Both the position numbers and the translations under genes were made by a program. The notes beneath the pieces were generated by a model, which did no database searches, was not told the DNA's origin, and worked only from the letters and a program-made list of their open reading frames with translations. A stretch of 38,534 nucleotides of DNA from Phoronis australis (Eukaryota > Animalia > Phoronida), in contig NMRA01000540.1 in assembly GCA_002633005.1 (NCBI GenBank), positions 8,405-46,938 of the forward strand, given 5' to 3'. The first letter of the stretch is position 1; every line of letters starts with the position of its first letter. Shown in pieces: positions 33,101-38,534 of the stretch.

Positions 33101-35899
33101 TGGAATCCACTGTTGCTTTATAATAGTACACCATTAAAAATGTTGCACTCTGAAACAATGCACCAAAGCAATAGTTTGCAAGGATTGGCGATGCAATAGC
33201 TTTCAAGCCTCATAGCTTCACTACCATACTAAAAATTAAGAAATTCAATTCCCCTCATCACATACGTACATTATATCGTCGTCACTCTGGCTATTCGCGA
33301 TAAACTTTTTTTCCGCCTGGTGAGTCCATAGGACCATGTCGACAAGCTTCTTGTCTGACCGCGATTGCATGTAGGGCATTATATATACTGATCCGTTTGC
33401 ATTGACATTTCTTCTGTATTTGCTGAAAACGAATCGTACGAACAAATGATCAGATATGATTCAAGAAACAGTAATATGACAAAATCCCCTTTCCCCTTTC
33501 AAGCCCGATAAAAATTCGCCACGATTTCCCGTGCCAGGTCCGCTTGCCCTCAGCCACTACGACAGGAATGCTAGTTTTACCAGTTCATCGAAATCGGTTG
33601 GCAGGTGTTCGAACTGACTGACCTGACAATGCTACGTCGAAATTGGAGGTCGGTAGGCATCAGAGAAGCACCGAGGGACAATACCGCATTCTTTGTCTTA
33701 ACTCAGACACAGTTTTAACAAATACATGTTGGTCCCTTACTTGTTGTATTTTAATGGATAATACTTCATGTAGCGCTCAGGAAACGAGGTATCCCGAAAT
33801 ACGTGAACTGTTAACTCGTCGACATGTTTATATCTATTGGTTGGGAGGTATTCGTCGTGCAAGGTCTGTATATGTTCCACAGTTCTTTGGACTATCTTCA
33901 CTTTAGTGCTGAAGAACTCTTCTGGAAAAGACAGGCTACTATAAATTCCAGGTTGTCAGACCTCAATTGAACGAGTGATTAAAAAATGCTGGCTTTTTAT
34001 TAAGGCATGCTCCCTGCCTTTTCTCAACTTCGTAAATGTACAGATAANACACACACACACACACACACACACATTTCATTCCCTGGCTAAGCTACAGGGC
34101 CTGTGTCACTACAGAAGACTGGTGGTCTTTTCAGTTTCGGAATAACGCTTGCTGTAATTAAATTTAGCCCTTGGGTACACTTGATTCACTTCGCCAGTTG
34201 CGCTGCATCAGCTGACTCAAACATCTTGGCCGAGTTCCGTAGACGCAAGAACAAACAATGTTAGTTGGATCACGTCTTTCGGTAATTGGTATGTGCGGCG
34301 ACATCCCACGAAGATGCGTGCTCTTGCATTTTCGCGAGAATATTGCGTCCACCGAACAGGCGCCGTAGATCAAAAGACATTGGGTTGCATTTGCGGCGAA
34401 ATTTTCAGTTATGGAACGCTAAGTAGATTTAATATCGCAATTCAACACTCCGTCTTCACCAGTCAATCACTTCAGTGGCCGCCTGTTTGCTAAGATAAAA
34501 GTACATGTACGTGTAGGCTAGTAAGGTCGCAATCATATTTGCGAAACACCCACTTCCACTCGCGTGATTCCGCGAGGTCTTGCGAAATACTGCTTTTCTC
34601 GCACGAACACCATTACCTTTTTGGTAAAAGTCATCGTCAAAAACGAATCCTGAGATGTCTTCGCCAGTTGACCCGACGAAGTGAATGAAATGGTTCGCGA
34701 AAGGAAAGTTAATCACCGTTCACCTGATGTGTTTTAAGTGTCTATGTAACAGTGTAATAATTAAATTATAATAATAAAATCCTGCTTACCCATTTTCTTC
34801 TTAATTTCCTGAATTGTACGTGTGCCATTAGTCATGTGATATTTGTAATGGGCTTCATCAAAAACTCTCTGAATTTCTTCCGACTTCATAACAGTTTCTG
34901 CGTAGGGCAAGATGTTCTGTGACAGACGACTTGCAAAGGTCTCAATGACTGTCTCTTCCTTTACTGCAACGATAGCAACACCGTGGCACTGATAAAGTCT
35001 TTGAAAATTTGTTAAATCAAAGTGATTAAACAAGTAACAACTGTTGTAGCGAATTTGAAATTCGACGAATGAATGGACGTAAAGTAGAACTTACTTGCAT
35101 TTATAGGTATGGGGAACAGATTAATGAACACGAAAATACAGCGCATCAACTTGCAATGAGCATTTCCATTGATTTTGATGACTTGTGAGTTCGAGACGCT
35201 TTTCGCCAGAGACTTCTTTGGTGGTGAGTACCCTGGTAATCTATGGTCTTCCAAAAACAAAGATTCCACATTTGAGCTAAACAAGCTAAAGACAATTGCT
35301 ATAGCACAGAACTCAATTAGCAACGCTGAAGACTGAAGATATGCTGCCTGGTTGGAAAAATAACTAGTCTTGATAGGCATGCGATTCTCCTCTTCGGTAA
35401 AACAACTTCTGTCCTCGACAGAACCAGACTCGTCACGAACAATGAATAGACGGCTCTCGCAGAAGGATCTCCCATCAGAGTACTTTTGCCCGATCTTGTA
35501 CCCGGCAAAGACAGCTTCGGAGCAGTGAGAATACAGTCTGTCGCAGAAATCGAGACAAATATAGAGTCTCTCATTTTTGAAGAATTTATATTGAAGCGGG
35601 GAGCAAATATAACAAGCTAGGTACATTAAAGTCGTCTTGCAGTCAGGATTTGCATTTGGTAGCTCGATAAATCTTGCAAATGCCTTGTCAAGGTCAGCCT
35701 GTATACAGCAGCTGTTGTTCGAATACCATTGACACCTGTCAATCACCTGCGGTGACGGGGAACGAAAATGAAAGTAAGTACAGTTGTCAAATTTTGAGAA
35801 TCGCTCCTCGCACACCTCCCAATCATATTTGTCGTCAGGCTCGCTGAGGCCATAACTGTTAAGGAAACTAAATAAGATTAGAGAATAGCAGATAACCAT
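51..35899 (-). CDS. Multi-exon gene, 3' end beyond the left edge: folate-receptor-like domain fused to an alpha2delta/CACHD1-like VWA_N-VWA-Cache protein
   Basis: join(35899-35095,34963-34790,33921-33741,33422-33270,24022-23831,14037-13783,12138-12008,1653-1550,1106-1023,349-342,165-51). All junctions are GT-AG with matching phases; 2202 nt without a stop. Motifs [27 protein letters not shown] (DxSxS) and IIFITD. Confidence 0.88.
342..349 (-). CDS. Inferred 8-nt microexon (TTGAGCAA)
   Basis: Converts phase 0 to phase 2 as required. Preceded by CTGAC, a pyrimidine-rich tract and CAG; followed by GTGAAT. Confidence 0.5.
1023..1106 (-). CDS. Exon 9 ([28 protein letters not shown]), end of VWA
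   Basis: Acceptor CCTGTTTCAG|; donor CAG|GTATTT; only the phase-0 frame is open; resembles the VWA 'RIFTY' strand. Confidence 0.78.
1197..1320. repeat. Compound (CAT/CAC/CGT)n trinucleotide repeat
   Basis: Directly visible; lies in intron 8. Confidence 0.9.
1550..1653 (-). CDS. Exon 8 ([35 protein letters not shown])
   Basis: Strong acceptor TTTTTCCCTTCCTGTTTCAG|AC; donor TCG|GTACGT; phase 1 to 0. Confidence 0.82.
2005..2160. mobile_element. Short CAG...CTG MITE
   Basis: CAGTGGCGGATTCAG ... CTGGATCTGCCCTG imperfect TIRs. Confidence 0.6.
3614..4703 (-). mobile_element. Kolobok-like non-autonomous element C (different family), 1090 bp
   Basis: TTAA at 3610-3613 and 4704-4707; AGTG...CACT ends; internal 13-bp inverted repeat; THAP remnant. 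Confidence 0.65.
4220..4469 (-). pseudogene. THAP-domain remnant of element C
   Basis: [12 protein letters not shown]...[17 protein letters not shown]...[11 protein letters not shown] after one frameshift. Confidence 0.8.
5300..5824 (-). pseudogene. YqaJ / lambda-exonuclease-like domain pseudogene
   Basis: YEPVALDKF...[21 protein letters not shown]...KTKCPF...LKKTH*HYD*VQGQI...FWVFT. Confidence 0.82.
7071..7364. mobile_element. Short CAG...CTG MITE
   Basis: CAGGGGCTGAT ... ATCAGCCACTG; absent from the homologous site near 31750. Confidence 0.7.
8173..8490 (+). pseudogene. THAP-domain remnant (transposase N-terminus) of element A
   Basis: IVPTC...[12 protein letters not shown]...[13 protein letters not shown]...[10 protein letters not shown], with frameshifts. 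Confidence 0.8.
8603..9007 (-). pseudogene. Cys-rich accessory gene remnant (KolX / P2X7-ballast-like) of element A
   Basis: [11 protein letters not shown]...[24 protein letters not shown]...CLTNHPDF...LNRGVL; GTAAGT donor at 8602. Confidence 0.72.
11110..11310. repeat. CCGACC/GGTCGG-rich quasi-palindromic MITE fragment
   Basis: Many copies of (C)CGACC in both orientations; GC-rich island. Confidence 0.6.
12008..12138 (-). CDS. Exon 7: VWA ([10 protein letters not shown]...[12 protein letters not shown])
   Basis: Acceptor GTTCACAG|G; donor C|GTGAGT; phase 2 to 1. Confidence 0.9.
12225..13445. repeat. Two clusters (12225-12445 and 13325-13445) of AAACCTGGT/ACCAGG motifs, probably subterminal repeats of one MITE
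   Basis: Motif recurs in both orientations at both ends of the interval. Confidence 0.45.
12744..12948. mobile_element. Short MITE of the same type
   Basis: CAGTTGCGGATTTA ... TAGATCCGCCAATG. Confidence 0.55.
13783..14037 (-). CDS. Exon 6: VWA ([24 protein letters not shown]...[18 protein letters not shown])
   Basis: Acceptor ATTATCAG|G; donor CT|GTAAGT; 255 nt, phase 2 to 2. Confidence 0.9.
16020..16700 (-). mobile_element. Penelope-like element 3' part: GIY-YIG endonuclease pseudogene (stop at 16220-16218) and 3' UTR
   Basis: [31 protein letters not shown], then frameshifted [10 protein letters not shown]...[12 protein letters not shown]; boundaries approximate. Confidence 0.88.
16073..16112 (-). 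ncRNA. Degenerate minimal hammerhead ribozyme of the Penelope-like 3' UTR
   Basis: ATC-CTGGTGT-T-GTCT(AATGAAA)AGAC-GAAACGTT-GAAT. Stem II, GAAA and the palindromic stem III are intact; the core differs from CTGATGA at 2 positions. Confidence 0.55.
16733..17054 (+). repeat. 5' LTR (322 bp, TAGAC...ATTTA)
   Basis: Identical by eye to the 3' LTR except for a 10-bp indel (TTATTACAGT); AATAAA at 17008-17013. Confidence 0.96.
17055..17069 (+). promoter_or_regulatory. Primer-binding site, apparently self-priming (not tRNA-type)
   Basis: TGACGGCGATCTGTA lacks the initial TGG and is complementary to LTR 16967-16982. Confidence 0.7.
17079..18166 (+). CDS. gag: gag, with two CCHC zinc knuckles
   Basis: [15 protein letters not shown] and [14 protein letters not shown]. 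The ORF runs on to 18278, but the homologous frame shifts near 18166. Confidence 0.9.
18167..21880 (+). pseudogene. pol: pol: protease, RT, RNase H, integrase; interrupted by an in-frame TAA at 20780-20782
   Basis: ADTGCQS (protease); DAWNGYH, APQGY, CIDD (RT); LATDWS, EGEALA, DHKPL (RNase H); HSAH..CNHC, ADFF, SDGGPEF, SNCRAE (integrase). Confidence 0.92.
21946..21953 (+). promoter_or_regulatory. Polypurine tract GGGGGAGA
   Basis: Purine run abutting the 3' LTR. Confidence 0.85.
21954..22265 (+). repeat. 3' LTR (312 bp)
   Basis: Begins directly after the PPT and ends at the TSD. Confidence 0.96.
22271..22925 (+). mobile_element. Penelope-like element 5' part: N-terminal/RT-start pseudogene
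   Basis: [69 protein letters not shown], with stops. Confidence 0.9.
23831..24022 (-). CDS. Exon 5: WQYFSS...RLRPWY and start of VWA with the DxSxS MIDAS
   Basis: Acceptor CTTTTCAG|G; donor AG|GTTTGG; phase 2 to 2. Confidence 0.9.
25148..25712 (+). mobile_element. CATAGA-terminated repeat element; an inverted relative lies at 27851-28020
   Basis: 25330-25420 aligns with the reverse complement of 27913-28020; shared end TTAGAATTATA. Confidence 0.5.
25220..25260. repeat. Perfect 20+1+20 bp palindrome
   Basis: AACAAACGAGTGCAAACAAA-T-TTTGTTTGCACTCGTTTGTT. Confidence 0.95.
29790..29985 (-). pseudogene. YqaJ C-terminal remnant inside element B (catalytic core deleted)
   Basis: [19 protein letters not shown]...AVFTFK...VPKLE; aligns with about 5350-5520. 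Confidence 0.65.
31243..31290. repeat. (TTA)n/(TTACTG)n microsatellite
   Basis: Directly visible. Confidence 0.85.
32335..32749 (+). pseudogene. KolX / P2X7-ballast-like remnant of element B
   Basis: [33 protein letters not shown]; same splice donor as in A. Confidence 0.7.
33270..33422 (-). CDS. Exon 4: VWA_N ([16 protein letters not shown]...[19 protein letters not shown])
   Basis: Acceptor GTTTTCAG|C; donor AT|GTACGT; phase 2 to 2. Confidence 0.88.
33741..33921 (-). CDS. Exon 3 ([19 protein letters not shown]...YPLKYN); not in the supplied ORF track
   Basis: Acceptor CTTTTCCAG|AA; donor AA|GTAAGG; 181 nt, phase 1 to 2, open frame. Confidence 0.85.
34049..34073. repeat. (AC)n microsatellite, next to an ambiguous N at 34048
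   Basis: Directly visible. Confidence 0.95.
34790..34963 (-). CDS. Exon 2: alpha2delta-like N-terminal helices ([16 protein letters not shown]...[13 protein letters not shown])
   Basis: Acceptor TTGCAG|TA (phase 1); donor ATGG|GTAAGC (phase 1). Confidence 0.8.
35095..35899 (-). CDS. Exon 1: signal peptide, folate-receptor/riboflavin-binding-like Cys-rich domain, hydrophobic segment 1, linker, hydrophobic segment 2
   Basis: C..Y...[11 protein letters not shown] and [13 protein letters not shown] cysteine pattern; donor GCAA|GTAAGT at 35094, phase 1. Confidence 0.85.
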
Positions 35900-36478
35900 G
35901 TTCGTACAACTGTCTGTTAGCTCAGTCCTTCCAAGTTCAGTAGTTCGGCTCTTTTGGTACGAAAATTCAAACTATGACGTGGAGTGGGTGAATGGACTTT
36001 CAATCTAGACGACTTGACTCACGTCTTCTCGAATTCTTTAAAGCTCCTCCCTTCAAACAAATTAAATTAATTACTTGTATAGCCTGGACTTCTTGTCAGA
36101 TTGGAAATCAAGAATTTCAGGCTTCTCAGTTATTTGAAAAGCACTTAGTCTCAATTGTTTTAGCACAAAAACTTACTGCTCCTTGTGCATTTTCCGGTAT
36201 TTGAAGTCATCCTTTTTGAAATCAACTTACATTTACATTAACGTATGAGGCCGAAAAGCATAGCGTGTTCTTTTGTGAAAATCGATTCGATGGTGTGGCT
36301 TTTTTAGTTGCTCACTTTAAAAAAAAGAAAATCCACCAGAAACGATGAACATTGGTGTGGTAATTGTTTTTGTTTTTGTTTTAATCATTGCGTAGCGAAG
36401 CTTCTGACAAAAAGAGATCTTCACTGACAATGATGATGGCGAGCATTATTCATTACCAGCAATATTGAAACCGTGAGC

Positions 36479-36489
36479 TGCGCATGCGC
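36479..36489. promoter_or_regulatory. NRF1-type palindrome TGCGCATGCGC about 580 bp upstream of the host ATG
   Basis: Motif match only; such motifs are also common in transposons. Confidence 0.3.
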
Positions 36490-38534
36490 GAAAATCACTC
36501 AGTTAGCCCCCTTCAGAATACATGGGATTCGCAGAAAACACAGCGTGAGGGTCTTATTTGTGAATCAATCACATTTGCCGATAGCACATAACATAGATAA
36601 GTATTTTGTTAAAAACGTGGCCAAGTTTCAACAAAATTGGAAAAAATTTTATGTTTAACATGGTATGGCCAAAGTTTTGGCTTATTTTGTCGCTTCGATC
36701 AGTGGAATCGCCGCTAAAAACCCGAAAGTGCATGTGAGAAAACGATAATTTTCGACCAAGCCTTTCATGTGCGGTTAGTTGCCGATAGACCCAACAGATG
36801 TCAGTATAATCAAGATTGAAATGTAGGATTTTGAAGAAAATTAGACAAAATTTTGTATTTAACATGGGGTCGCCGAAAATTGCCAATTTTGGCCTTTTGA
36901 TATCAGTTTATCATCATAGACTACCATTAGTGGGTCTAGTTAATTCGAAGTTTTTGGTTAAATCACTGATAATATTCACACCAGAATACTAATAAACGTT
37001 TTCTCTATATATAGCAGTTTGATTCCAATGCTGTAGTGCGTTCAACAAGAATTGGCCCTTGACCGGCCCGGCCCATAGTAGCCTATGGGAGCTAAAATTC
37101 AGCTCTAAACCAAAGTAGCTGTGTGCGGAAAACTCACCTGAGATGTTTACGATCCACTTCACGGGAAAAAAACTCGTTGTACCTAACAAAAATTTGTTTT
37201 CGAGTACTTCGGGCATGGTTTAAAATTGAAAGAGGTCATTGCAAGTTGAATTTATGAGAATTGTATTGTTGCATTGCGAACTTGAACTGAGTCGATTGAG
37301 GTAGTGCGAGATAAGGCAACGAGTAAGGACAGCTTTGATTTGCTTACGAGTGGTGGCTCATGATATTGGCCAGACATCTGTTATAATATGTTTTGTCTTT
37401 CCTTTTTGACGGAATATATTTGAACTGTTTGGGCTACAAAATGTAGAATAACCTTCCTAATGCTTCTCTCCAGTGAGACACGCGGAGAGTGAAGAGCTAA
37501 CTGGTCAATAAGCGATGACCTAGTTTACGCAGAGAACCTGGTGGATGACCTAGTTTACGAATTGCTGGTAATGTCTTTAAGTTGGTTAGAACATGTTTCA
37601 AAGTGAATTGAACTACAGATCAGGATTAACTGTGCCATTCTTGGCCTCACCACAATTATCTGATACTACATGGCGACAAATACCACACGTCTCGGAAAAA
37701 AGTGCCCTCGTATCATTCCCTACCCCAAAATGGTTTGTTATTGCGGAGTTGCTTTGTGTTTTTCGGAGTGTTCCCGCGTATTGTACTGTACATGTACTTT
37801 TTCAAATCTCATCAGACATTTGTGGCTAGGATTGGTGCATACCGAAGTTTGCACCGGAATGCAAACGACAATGCTTCATTTTGCAGGTCCCCAATGCGAC
37901 CTCAGATTGTGTTTGGCTACCTCGTGAAAATCCCAAGTCGCCACGAAGTCGGCACTGTGAGTATTAAAGTTAGACAATAATTACCCGGAAATTCATTTCA
38001 AGGTTGGTGTTGACTTCCAAACTTTAAATCACTAACAGTTTTCCTAGATTTAATACCTTTGGTGCACAGTTGTTCCTTTAATTTTTGCAGTCAGTACACA
38101 TGAAACACGCTTAAAATACCACAGGAAGAAAACATACATAAGTAGGAATTGTTCGACAAAAATAGAGCAACATCTGTGAAACACGCGCCTCCAGTGCATG
38201 CGATCGTCTGTGCGTTCTATCTACATGTAGCTCGTGTGCAGGAGGAATGGGGCTATTCGGAGAATTCTCCTCGCGGTGTCGCTGCTGTACTAGTGGTGAT
38301 TAAATTGCGCATGCGTGGCTGTCTGCATGTAAACAACTGCTAAAAGATGGAATTTTTATCAAAATACGTCGTCGCGCTAAGCCTTATTACTGCTAATTTC
38401 CCTGGTGCAAGTCTTCGACAGGTGGCCACAAATTCCCAAAAGACCTAAGGTTACTATATTCGTGGACAATTGTAGTCAACAGGGTCAACTAACTGACAAA
38501 AAGTGTGTGGATGCTGAAGCCCCGTGTGTGCTCT

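Noticed and set aside
34617-34723. Candidate host exon ([10 protein letters not shown])
   Set aside because: The acceptor at 34724 gives stops in all three frames; exons 2 and 3 already join in phase without it
34964-34988. Upstream acceptor TTTATCAG for exon 2
   Set aside because: Phase 0, incompatible with the phase-1 donor of exon 1
35992-38343. Short ORFs upstream of the host gene
   Set aside because: No recognisable motifs or consistent exon chain; region looks intergenic or repeat-derived

Overview
Animal genomic DNA, probably a marine invertebrate; the species cannot be determined from this window. One host gene runs on the minus strand from the ATG at 35899 off the left edge. I reconstructed 11 phase-consistent GT-AG exons by hand (2202 nt, 734 codons), one of them an inferred 8-nt microexon. 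The protein is signal peptide + folate-receptor-like Cys-rich domain + two hydrophobic segments + an alpha2delta/CACHD1-type VWA_N-VWA-Cache ectodomain. Three ~9-10 kb introns are filled with transposons. These include a young Ty3/Gypsy (Mag-like) LTR element (16733-22265) with TA...TA LTR ends, a GCTAC TSD and an apparent self-priming PBS, inserted into a rearranged Penelope-like element that carries a degenerate hammerhead. They also include three TTAA-flanked Kolobok-like DNA transposon relics with THAP and P2X7-ballast/KolX-like remnants, two diverged copies of a THAP plus SWIM-YqaJ exonuclease module, and several MITEs. All family assignments are from motif recognition by eye; no database search was run.
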